Part shown: one piece after another, positions 1-12,308 of the stretch | Layout of the letters: each line of letters begins with the position of its first letter | How positions within the stretch are numbered: the stretch's first letter is position 1 | Assembly: GCA_965637545.1 (NCBI GenBank) | Contig: OZ281497.1 | Span: 23,808,001-23,872,000 of the forward strand | Length of the DNA stretch: 64,000 bases | Source of the DNA: Phallusia mammillata | Lineage: Eukaryota | Reading direction: 5' to 3' | Notes under the pieces: model-generated | Databases searched by the model: none | What the model was told of the DNA's origin: nothing | The model's input: only the letters and a program-made list of their open reading frames with translations | Translations under genes and position numbers: made by a program

Positions 1-2089
1 AAAGGTTAGAATCGCCGAAGCAAACACGAATGAAAAACGATGTAATGTAACAGTTTCACTTCACTATTTCGCCGATGAAAAATCTGGCCGTAATCAACCA
101 TATTATCAAATACTGTATAAAAACAAATCCAAAGACCCAAAACAGTCTAATAACGCACGCTACATACTCTGCCTTAATTCTAATGTAACGTAATTGCGCC
201 ATTGTGAAAAAAACGAATTTAATAGGACAAATGAAAACACAGTAACCCACACGTATAAGAATTGCGGCAATATGATCTTTGCTTAAGGAAGTCTCAAAAT
301 TTGTTTATGTTGTCTTAAAAACTACATACAAATTGCTAACCGTATTTTTTAGGCGCAACAATGTTTAATTTGTGTCAGTCAATTTTGTTCAAAGAACCAA
401 AACATTTATACGCTGTATTTTAATTAATGAATGTTCAAAAGCAATTCTGATTAGCCCTGCGAGTGATTTTTTTTCTGCCAGAAACAATTTTTCCTTTGCC
501 AGTTTAAAGTCACGTTTTATATTGCACTATACGCGTATTTGTTCGTGTCCAATAATGAACACAACAAAAAGCCACGTCGCTTTTACGTCTTTCGGCCGCT
601 ATATTCCTCAACAGATGTTAATTACGTTTTTTTTTGCTTTGTATAAACACCTGTGTAGTATTCCATTCACTCCACTTAAAACGTGTATTGGTCTGCCATA
701 CAAAACAACACTAACCTACAAAACGGCACAACCACAAACATCTGATCAACAACGTGCACTTTGAGCACTTTACCCGGCTGAGAAAACTGAACAAACAAAA
801 TAGCTGGGATTTCCAGCCTCAAGTCGCCTCCGCTTTTCTTGTGTGTGTTAATCAAATACAAAGTGCAAATAACGGAAGACGGCAATGCTGTGCTCTAGGG
901 TCGACGTCGAGACACTATCATTTTAACGGACGACTTTATTGCCCTCCTCACCTCCCCTAACTACTAAATCACTTGTTTAACTATGCAGGGGGCATAGCGT
1001 TATATTTACGGAGCATTCTTTACGTACTTTGCATTCGTGTCTGCGTTTTTAAATGTGTAGGTTGGGCCATTGAGTTTTCGTACATTTCGTACAGGCACAA
1101 GGTTGGTAAGTGACAAGGTATCGTTTCACAAGTGCGAAATCGTCATAAAGTGACACCAGTTGTTTTTTTGAATGTCAAACGTTTTATCTGCGGCTTAACT
1201 CTAAAAAGAAAGCGAAAAAGAGTTTATACACCGATGGCACTTTTTGGGCATGCCCGTTTTTAAGCTGTCGCTGCAACCAAAAAAATAAAATGTTGGATGA
1301 AGTGCCTTGCAAATTCACGGCAGAAGGACTGACTGAATTGCGGGATGATAAGCACAACAAACGCAAAAAAATATCGCTACTCTAATGCAAATATAAAGAC
1401 CGTATTGCTAAAGTATTGTTTCGTGTTATAAGCTAAAAAGGATTTACTGAGCAATCGAAAACTGCTGACTGGGCGGGATCATTTCAGTGGCCCACGGTTA
1501 ACCATAAGCTTTCACAATATTAAACACTGATTTATGCATGTTTTGCGCACTGTTATCACAGTTGTGGCGCCAAAATTCCTAGAATTCACACGCAGGGCAT
1601 GATCGAAGCAATGCCAACCCAAACCATATAATAAGTCCCATGGAGTAAAATTTCATGGCTCTGTTCAAATTTGCAGCCCAATAAAGCTGGATGAATGCGA
1701 CCTTCAAATGCACACTCAAATTTATAAATTGAATTGTTTAAATTAAACGACCATCGTCCCTGACAGTTTGACCAGAACCTAAAACACATAGCCTACGCCA
1801 CAAAACAAAAATTCGTTGGAATGTTTTCTGTTGCTTAAGACATGTGTTATGGCACCTAAAGCTATGAGGCAGTCTCACGAAAACTACACCTCTAAACTAA
1901 CATTGCCACGCTTGACAGTCTTCAATCTGATTTACGACTTTTCATCGAATTGTTTAGTGGTCACGCTGCCATGATTTCTATGGCTTAGCAATAAAAATAA
2001 ATTCTTGCGCTGTCAAGTTTAAAGGCTGAAAATGCCAATCTATTTACATCTAAGTAAATTTATTAAATGCCCTCTTTCTTCGTTTATTT

Positions 2090-2508
2090 CAGCGGTTCTC
2101 AAACTGGAGTCCGCGGTCCTTTTGGGGTGCGTGAGGCAATTTTGGGGGGACCGCGAAAAGGTTGAAGTAATTCTATAACCTTTATGGTGTCAGTTTGTGT
2201 CACTGAATCAGTTCAAATCAAAGTGGAATTGAGAATCGACTGTCTTCATTGCTAAACAATAGCCTTTATTGCATGTCAACTAAGAAAACTCAATTGTTCG
2301 CGCACAATCGTAATGTTTTTTGCCTGTCTGTGACGTCACAAACTGTCTTTGGATCATTGTTTTGCGCAATTTGGTTTAACTGGCAAAAAGAAGGGCAATC
2401 AAATTTCGCTTTTCTGAAATACACATTTAGGCTTAAGGACCGCGAGCCATCGAAATATTGGCAAAGGGACCGTTTTCAAAAAAATAAAAAAAGGTTTGAG
2501 AACCACTG
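2090..2508. mobile_element. hAT-like MITE
   Basis: TIRs cagcggttctcaaac / gtttgagaaccactg; perfect 8-bp TSD gtttattt on both sides; no coding capacity. Confidence 0.9.
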
Positions 2509-5500
2509 GTTTATTTAAATGCAACAAAAAGCTTTAAAAAAAATCTCACTATCAGCTAATTTGTCGCCAAAAGCATGATACGTGCATATTGGTGTCTAAA
2601 CTTCTAGTTCTACAAATTTCAAAATATTGCGTAATGTAACCACAGCTATGCTGAAACCCTCACACAAGTTATGGCAGCATTACAGGGCAAATGGGCGTTT
2701 TAGTAGCAGGCTTTGATAACAAGGGGTTCGGAATTTTGGGGTTGGACATCCGCCTCTCGCCGAAGTAGTCGTTGAAAGGAAAGTTTTCGTTCCGCAGTGA
2801 CCATGTATGTCAAGATGAGCTATTGAGACCCACAACTGTCTGCTGATGCTTACACCCATATGAATAAAACTTTCGTGCGCTTATGCTTAATGGTTTGGGG
2901 TTACTATTTGACCCAATTACAAACGTAGAGTGCCAGTGAAAATCCTAAATCACAAATGGCTGTGTTAGCTAAAAATAGGTGAAGAATCACATACTGTTTT
3001 CAAATACCAAACAACCAATAAGACGTCCAAACAGCTAAGTTTTTTTTTTCGGAATACTGTACACAAATGTGTCAGGAAGTCTAGTGACAAACTTGCTGGC
3101 AATAATGTACGAAAAAAGAACATAATTTGTTCTCATAGGTTTAGACAAATGGTCATGTCATCATCAGTGATGCCAAATGCTAGGAATATTTTTGCTGACG
3201 TTGAAAAAATCCAAACAACAAACGCTGATGCCTTTAACCAAACCTAGCCTTTGCGGATAGCGCAATCTTAAGCTGAAAATGGCTGTTTTGTCAATATTTG
3301 TCTCTCCTTATCACACTCCAAGCAACTCTTCTCTCGCCTTTAAAACTTCTTGCAAAACCACAGGCGCAAAGCAGGAATTTCAGGCCCTTGAAATTCCAGA
3401 GACAAAAATCAACATAGAATCCACGCGCCGATTATGATAAGAACCTTGAGCGAGCTATTCTAAACTCAGTGACCAAGAACGGTTATGTTTCACTGACCTT
3501 GCGTCACAAAGTGTATTTCACATAGGCTGTGCCTTTATTTGAAGCTGACTAATAGGAATTTAAAGCTTTATCTGTTTGACTACACAACTTCACTATTATC
3601 ACCTCTGCTAGCACACAGATACTGTTATACGACAGACCTTTTAGTAGAAGGCTGTGCCACTAAAAATAATTGGCCCTATTCAACATGCAGCTTTGCCTGA
3701 ACTGAACAATTGTCGACACGTTGTGTAAATAAGGTTAAAGCAACTAGTTGCCACATAGTAAATTTAACTTATTAACAAGCGTTCGTCGAGAATGTAGAAA
3801 TTCCAAAGTGATTCATACATTTGAAATAGAATCAGTAATCTACCGGCCCTTAACCAGTAAACACGTTTCAAAAGTGGCCTTGAATTTAACAAAGGTGGTC
3901 CATAAAAGTGTAAAAAACAGTTTGTAACAAAAAAAAACTTTGCACACTAACAATCAATTCAACAAACTTGCTCTGAATGTCAACAAATTGTTTCCAACAG
4001 AGACTTCCAATAACCGTCCTTTCCTGAACTGCCTCATTCTAACTGCTTTAGTAGCTTTGCTAGCAACTGCAGCTCAACATTTAACTGTCAGTTTCAACGC
4101 GCAACCTGAAGGACTTGGCTCCTGCAAGGAAATCACTGATTAGATAATTAGAACTAGACGAGGTTTTGCAGCCGTAATCGTTTCCTTAATTGACAAGCAG
4201 CGACTGGTCAAGGTGACAAACTCCAAACGCAAAATCGTTATGTGAGTTTACGAAGAAGCTTTATTCAGTTAAGCGCGGTTATTGTTCAAAAATATGTTGA
4301 CTAGATTATGTAGTTTATGTTAACCAAATGTTGAATTAAAGAGATTTCACTAAACGTTTTTTCGGGTGTAATGTAGGCTAAACGATAAAAACTGTGTTAT
4401 TTTTGACTGCTTAAAGAGTGTAGTAAACCCACTTAAATCCTACCAAGTTATACATGTATTAAACGAAAAGTCACTAAAAAATTATACCAAACTAGTAGTC
4501 ACTAAATATATAACACAGTTGCTACTTTTAACAGGACAACACGATTTATATGGCTAAGCTGAGGCCGATTAAAAAGAATATTCAAACTTTTTTACCAGCG
4601 GCAAATAGAATATTGCTGTCACATTGAAATTCTAGTCAGAAATACAGAACATATTATTACACGCTCCATGACTTAAAAGAAAATGTATGGAGACTAAATA
4701 TTATCAAAAGGTAAAATTTACCAGTTGAGTGACTAAAACTTGTCGTGCGTAAACAATACAGTTTCTCGACACATGTTTTAAGTGATATAGCTCAGGGTAA
4801 CTACACGACCAATATAAGACTTTTAAATGAAAAAAGCGCCAGATATATAATTTACCTGACAGCTTTGATAATGTTTTGACATAGTATGACACGAATTTGT
4901 AGACTGGAGCAAAACACAAAGGACTTTGACTGGACAAGTGCGGTGCAATGACACGTGACGACAAGAAACGTTACAATTGGCATCGATTTGCAGTTCTGTG
5001 TAAACTTTGACTGTTCTAAAGAATCACGAAGTATATTGACTATTCCTTTTCACTGAAGGTCACAGTAACCTTTTACAGACTAAGTCAATGCAATTATTGC
5101 GACTATTTTGGCATAAAAATACTTTTGCTGCTGGTCTAGTTGCAGCACATTTAACCTTGATACGCCCCTCAACTGTTATTGTTTTATGACGTCACAATTC
5201 ACTTATCTATTTCTGGCTTGGTGATTGTTTTGTAGTAATTTCTTTCACCAAACTAAACAGATTTCACTTAGGAGAAATATGAAAACACAGAACACTATTC
5301 CATCAAACAATCAGCAGGCAGTTAAATATGATCTATCAGTTTATGACGCGATTAACAACGTCATTGTACTTCCTACATACTAATGTACGTTTATTAGAAG
5401 CATAGGCTTTCATATATTAGCGGTGCAAATTTTCCAAGGATGTTATTGACATTGCGTAAAAGGCACACCGTTATACTGCGCAGCTATAGTGTATAATTTA

Positions 5501-6135
5501 TTTTCCACAACACAAAAACAACAATTGACTAAAATATTGCTTTAAAACAAAAACCTAAAAGAGACTTCTACTGGCAAACTGCAATGACCGCTACAAGATA
5601 CAATGTACTTGTTGCCTTAGCTGCTGGTTAGGCAAGAATTTCACCTCACTCGAGCACTATACATAGTCAACAATACCAAACCGAGCAAATCCATTCTCTG
5701 TTTCGCCAGAAAAATATTCCACTGGCGTTGTGCTAACATTTACAAAGAAGTCCAAGTGCTTAAGATTCCTATTCGAGAGCGACGGCTGTATCGAACCGGT
5801 GGGGTCAAATAAACAGTAAAAAACCACGGGTGGAGGACAATATGAAGGGATGTTACGTGATTAGAAACCAAGGTATTGGATTAGTGCAGGGCTAAACAAT
5901 CTCTGTGGGCGCTGTTACAAATTGCACAAGCGTGCATATGCATGTATTAACGTTTTTGGGAGCAAATGAGCACAAACGGGATGTTCGTGATTTACTTGCA
6001 TTTTTATGTACAGTTATAACAAGTGGTTTGATGTACCACACATTTCATTTAAGTCATCTACCCAAACAAGTTACACACAGATTATCACTTTGCGTCGATA
6101 GTTCTAAATAATGAGTATCACGGGTGGGTCTACGG

Positions 6136-6640
6136 CAGGGGTGTCCAACTCGAAAGCACCGCCGTGCCAATCTAGGTTTTAAAATATACTCGCGTGCCAA
6201 CCTACTTTTTCCAAACCATGTCTTAAACGTCTTAACGGTAGAAAAAAATATGTTGTCAAACGCGAGTACGGAGTAAACTTGTTTATGATATTCCAGAAAC
6301 CTTTTATAACATACCATGTCGCTTAAAGGGCAGAATCCATAACATGGAATATAATACGACAGCATAAAGGCCCGGAATTATCCAGAATTCGACAGTTTCA
6401 AGCGCCTAAAAGTAGACGGATCGAGTCTAAAAACGACCAATTTATTTAGTGGATTTGTGTAACCTTGATACTGATCATCTTTACTGAAGTTAGAATAAAG
6501 GCCAAAAAGAATCAATAGAAACATAATAATTGCGTGACAAATCCTAATGTTTACCATCTGAATGTCCAAAAATTGCGTGCCATTTTCAAATGCTCTGCGT
6601 GCCACTTTTGGCACGCGTGCCATTGTGTTGGACACCCCTG
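6136..6640. mobile_element. hAT-like MITE
   Basis: TIRs caggggtgtccaac / gttggacacccctg; perfect 8-bp TSD gtctacgg; subterminal cgtgcca repeats. Confidence 0.92.
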
Positions 6641-9600
6641 GTCTACGGTTTGAAAGTTCCGTTTTTTCTGTGTTCAAAAAACATTACATCTCTCGAAAAT
6701 TCGAACTCTTGCAAGTTTTAATAAATAGCTATGTCGCCATTCGGCAAAAACAAATATGCAAAACGCAAGGTTATAACCTAGTAAATCAAGATGGAGAATT
6801 GGTCACAGACGGGGCATGACATTAAATGTGCACAATGGCTTCTGTAACGTAGACATCTCTAAGGTCATGACCCCATTATCGTCACAGCAAAGGAAGTCGC
6901 ACACTGCGTTCGGGCCAAGACTGGATTAAAATCATTTGTTCCAACAAATCATGTCCGATAGTTCCAGCAAAGGACATGGCTGAATAGCAAATTGTGATTC
7001 TACACTTTAACGAGGTTTCACACAATTCTTTTGAACAATTTATGCTTGTGGAAATTACTGTCAACCGGTGATTATGCTCATAAGAATACAGTTTCGTCAA
7101 TTTTGCAAAAAAAATTCTGCACGCAAGAGTGCATTCCCAGACTCTAGAATAGCTAATTAACCTGAAAATTAAAAAGTCTGATAATGTTTATTGTACAACT
7201 AATTGCAAATGGAGTAAAATAGAATACGCAGTACACTTACCGTTCGTCGTTCACTTGTGTTAAAACTTCGTTCAGTATCTTCTTTAAATCACAAGTCTCA
7301 ACTCTTAGGCACTATGCTTTGGTGTTTAAAGTTTAAACCTATTCTGGAACAAAATTCGTTCTGTGAATTTTCGACGTCACAAACTAAAAACAATAACTAC
7401 CAACAATACAAAGCTATGTGTATTGCAGACTTTTAGTTCACTTGTCAAGAGACATTTATAACGTTCTTTTTTCTGTCCCTTGCTTTCACTAATTAGGTAA
7501 TCTGAACGCAGCAGATTGTTAAACAATGGGCGAAAGAGCAGAACTAATTCGAAAACAGAACAGTAGAACGGCCTGGCCTTGCTCGTTTGTGGAACGACAA
7601 ACATTTGCCTTGGTCTTGGCTTGTTATGGGACCAAGACGCGATTTTACAACCCTGTTGTTGGCCTTTGAAGGTGAGGAGGGTTTTAAGTTTTAACTTCGA
7701 CGGCGCAAAAACTGACTTTTGTTTGCTCTGCTGGGAACGGAATTTAAGATCTAACCGATACGTAAATGTTTGTTTCAATCAATCTATATATCACAAGCTT
7801 GACAAAATTTATCATAACCATTTTAAATGTCGTTCAAGTCACGTATAACATTTCATTAATGCACAATTCCTCGAATTTGCACACTTTGATTTGGATGAAC
7901 TATGTAAAACTGGCGGTTTTTGCAGGAGACATTAAACTTTTGCTAACCTACACCTCCATTATCGATTAAACACGGAAAATGCTTGTTTTTTACATCTCTG
8001 CACCTTTTTCTCATGAACTTTACTAACACATCGGCCTTCTTACTGAAAATAAAACTAATACTTCCTTTTCAAACAGCACTTGGTGTCAGGTTTCGCGACG
8101 GACTAAGGTCAGTCTTATTCGGGTTAAAAAGCAGCTGCATTTCCAATCATCCGAAAATCTTTTATAACATTACGGTCGCTTCAACATCCTGAAGACCTGA
8201 ACGGTACATGGCAGTTTTCCAGACAGTTCTAGCTCCCCTTCCTATAGGCATCTTAAGCATCGTGAGAACATGAAACCATATTCGGCTCTAGGTGGCAACG
8301 ACTGAATGTAATTTACTAAACATGCAACCTCAATTCATTACGCATTTTGCCCAGCAACTAAACAAGTCCGATTAGGCGCCAGTTCTGCGTATTTTGCAGC
8401 GCCAATGCGACCAGCATTGTGAGTCGGTCGTTTAATATAGCGACAGAATGAAAGTGATCCCCAGGGATAAACAGAGACCTCGTTTGGTAGTTACAGGATA
8501 ACAGTTTTGTTTGGACAAGGATTTCGGGGAGGATCTTTAGAAACGCCCGGTTGAAATTCTGTTTTACAGCATTAAGAAAAAGTAATCGAAACGTAAAACG
8601 CTGATACTTCCGAATGTAAGCAAGTAATTTAAACCTCGATTTGACACAAACACAGCTGCGCGCGGGGTTTAAACGTTGACTACGTTAAATATTCTTATCA
8701 GAAACAGTAAAATTTGAGAACAATACCAAAACTCTAGTCGGGAGCACCATGTAATGTCAGTAATAAAATATTAACGCATAAATAAACTTGAGTATTTGTA
8801 GAGGATCCAATTTCTTCAATAGATACGAGAAAAATTTCATTTGAACTTATCAAAACATCGTAAAACAAATTGCTTCACAGCGATACCCTTTGTGAGTTTT
8901 TGACCTTGGCAAGGGACCCATTCTTCTTCATTACCCTTTCTGTTGTCTAAATGGAGTCTCCAATTGGTTACCCAATTGGGAGTGATACTGTTTATTCCTA
9001 CTAAATTGCTTGGCATTTTCATGTCTTGCCTTTTCCCGTATAATTTGACCTCATAGAAAAAAGGTTCGATGTTTCGAAAGACAGTTTTTCGCTTTATCGG
9101 GTTCTTGTCATGACGCAATTTCAGGTAATCTACTCTTTTTCTCTGTGGTGATATCATGTTGCACGAAAACACAGAAAATACCGACCGCATTCCACACAGA
9201 CCGTTGCGTCTGATTCGTAATTGGCGCCCACCGTGTGTCCCCGTGGAGAATGGACAAGAGAATTCCCGCTAAGAGAGATCACAAAAGGGATTTATCCACC
9301 TGCTTTAAACGCCATTACCTTCAATATCACGTCGTTTTGCTTCCGCCGGTTATCTCACGACCCCTGACTCAATGACCAATTATCTTTCAGAAATGTTATA
9401 TAGTCCTTTTTTGCCCATTTATGGGGATACCAAACGACGCTTTTTCGTCAGTTGAATTTTTATTACTGTTTTTACCTTTGGCCGGAGTTTTAGATTTTTT
9501 TAAGTTTCGATTTAGCTGAAACAGGCGTCAATTACCCCAAACTACATTTCCGAATGTTTACAATTAATTTAGGTGTGTCGCGTTTAATGACAACAAACAA

Positions 9601-11407
9601 CAGTGTATTTCACGTATGGCTCTACAATATGACGTAAAAGCAACGTTTCGTCAAAAATATTCCAGTCTGGTGAAAAACTAACAAATTACACAACAGTTTC
9701 CTTACAATGCGTATGCTGTTTTCGTCTTAGCCCTTAATTAATCAGCAAATTTCGTCATTGTTTATATTGCGACGAAACAAATGATGATGGATCGAAAATC
9801 AAATTAAAGCGCATTTAAAACAACGTGCTGACAGATGCTTGTTCCAATATTCACAGTTCTGTTGGGATGGTTGATTTGATCAACAATCGTTCATCACATT
9901 TGCCTTATGAGCCTCCAACAATCATTTGATTTGACATTCAGTTAAAGCTTTTTAATCAATTGATTGTATAGTGTTTGTCATGAAACCATGTATTATGTGA
10001 GCTGAGCGTTTGGGTTTTTAAACAAATGTCAGACAAAACATATAACGTGGTCATCTTATCATCCAATGGTTTCGACAAAAATATATAACATTAATAAATA
10101 GGTCAATAATTTAGTAGTAACGTTTGAGTTAGAACGACAACTCTATTAATTGCGGGCTACTCCAATTTCGGTTCTGTGCTGGGTTTATCTGATTTTTGAG
10201 CATTAGTTTTGCGTGCCAGTACACATTAAAGACGCTTTTAACACAGGCACAAGACGCTGTTCAGTAGAAGCGCGACTGAACTGAATCGCAACAGTTGTTG
10301 TGACTGCAACGTATGTTTAGCACGCTAAACGCTTTAAAAAGCAATTGCAAACGTGTTCCGTAGACTACTGTAATACTGCCTTTACCTATGTATTGCGTGT
10401 CGGTCATGACTAATGCAAAGGCAAATTTTAAAAGAACTTCTCTACCAACGGTCTCACCAATCACAACGCGAATTATAATCAATATTAACGGATTTTTTGT
10501 AAGGGAATAAAACTGATTGATGCCGTTTCTGTACTATGACTGCTTCTACTGGTAGCAAACTTTGCCACGCTTCCCTCGAATAACCAGTCATTAACTTACC
10601 GCAAAACAACGCTATGGTTGGCCGGTCAACAGTGGAACTGAGGTGTCGGTTACAAAATCCTCCTTTTGTCCTTCACCCTATGACACCTCTCGAACCAGAA
10701 AGCCGGCGCAACGAACTGCTTTCGCCTCACGACAGGTTTTGACCGATTTTGGGCCAGACACAAACCTTCTTACTTCCCTTGGGCCTTTTGTGGCACGTGT
10801 TCGGGGTTCAACCGCGGACAGAGAAAAACAAAAGTTTACCTGCATACGCAGCCTTTGTTCGAGCTCGTCACGTGCCGATGACGTCACCTTTTTCGTCACG
10901 GAGGCTTTTCGCTCGACCGACTTGAGACGGTGTGCATTGCCGGTTCGGGCAGGTGTGTTAGTGCGGACACCTGCGGTAGTATTGTAACGAATTGATATGG
11001 GCGTAATCATTTTTGTGAGTAAGTGAAATTTTCACTATCCCACAGTTTTAACCACACGATCAAATTAAAGCTCGCATAGCGACGGCTTAGCTCACAACAG
11101 TTTTGAAACAAGGAATAATCTAGGACAAATCATGTCTTTTTCCTTACATATTAAAATTAGAAAACGTTTTTTTTAAGTGGATATCTGAACACGACAACCA
11201 ATTTACCTGGCAATTGCAAAATGTTGTTAGTTGTATCATAGTCTTTACGTATGGTTGTTTAACAACGATGCACTTCTGAAAGGATTTCATGCGAACCAAA
11301 CTCAACACGAATGGTATAAAGTTGCTTACTAACACCACTTAGCGGAAACAAATTGCAATATTTTTTGTTTTTTCGCCAATCTGAATTGACTGTCCAGACT
11401 CCAGAAG

Positions 11408-11793
11408 GGGCCACTCTAAAATACGCAATCTACGCAATCTACGCAATCTACGCAAGCTATACGCAATCTACTAACAAAAACTAACTAAGATGTTGACGGT
11501 TAGTGCTATTAGGGTCAGGGTGACGGTTTGTGATACAATTAACTTTATAATTTAATTTCAGATGCGTTTCAGGTCTAATTTTCTCTACAAGTGTTAACAT
11601 GGGTACCATACAGTGTTTAGTACCACTCTCAACACATATGAGAATATTAAGCCCAAACTGGACATCTAAAACTAAATTATAGTGTTAATTTTATTATAAA
11701 CCCTCACCCAGACCCTAAAAGCCCTAACCGTCAACATTTTTAGATTTGCGTAGATTGCGTAGATTGCGTAGATTGCGTATTTTAGAGGAGCCC
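11408..11793. mobile_element. GG-ended (Merlin-like) MITE with long TIRs containing tacgcaatc tandem repeats
   Basis: Long imperfect TIRs (gggccactctaaaatacgcaatc... / ...gattgcgtattttagaggagccc); 9-bp TSD ctccagaag; internal tagggtcaggg / ccctaacc module. Superfamily inferred from GG termini and 8-9 bp TSD. Confidence 0.8.
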
Positions 11794-12308
11794 CTCCAGA
11801 AGCAGTCATTATAAGACTAAAATCATGTGTTTACAGTATTAGCTTCCGCAAGTATAAACGCTTTTGCTATTTGCCAACAAAACGAAATGTTTGTCGTCTG
11901 TGGTACAAGTAAAAGTTGTAAACAACTTTACGTAACCCCCAAAAGCACGTCCACCTGGCAGTGTATCTTGAAGTTAAAAGTTTGTGCTTGCATGCAACGT
12001 TGCTTTTGCTTGTAGAACATTTTATATGCTTACTCCGTAAACTTGAACTGGAACTTACATAAATAATGTTTTCAGCCTGAACTAGAAATGAAAAAAGTTT
12101 TAAGTTTTAAAATTCCTATTTTAGGCTCCTGCATAACTGCATAGAGTCACAGACATATTTAAGTTGCATTAAAACAATTTTTGTTGCCTTTTGTTCTGTA
12201 TCTGGTTAAATGTATCTTCACCAAAACTAAAACTGATTTTATTTTAACCCAATGTCTAGACTTAACTAACAAATGTAGCCATTGACTGTCCAATTTGTCT
12301 TGGGCAAA

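Noticed and set aside
372-11010. Numerous 60-133 aa ORFs in the first 11 kb
   Set aside because: Mostly non-ATG starts, no recognisable domains and no consistent in-frame exon chain; expected by chance or overlapping MITEs
11422-11470. tacgcaatc tandem repeats as a possible CRISPR-like array
   Set aside because: No spacers; mirrored at 11746-11780 as part of the transposon TIRs; eukaryotic context
12282-12308. ORF-track start of ALG9 at 12282
   Set aside because: TTG start; the first ATG is at 12309
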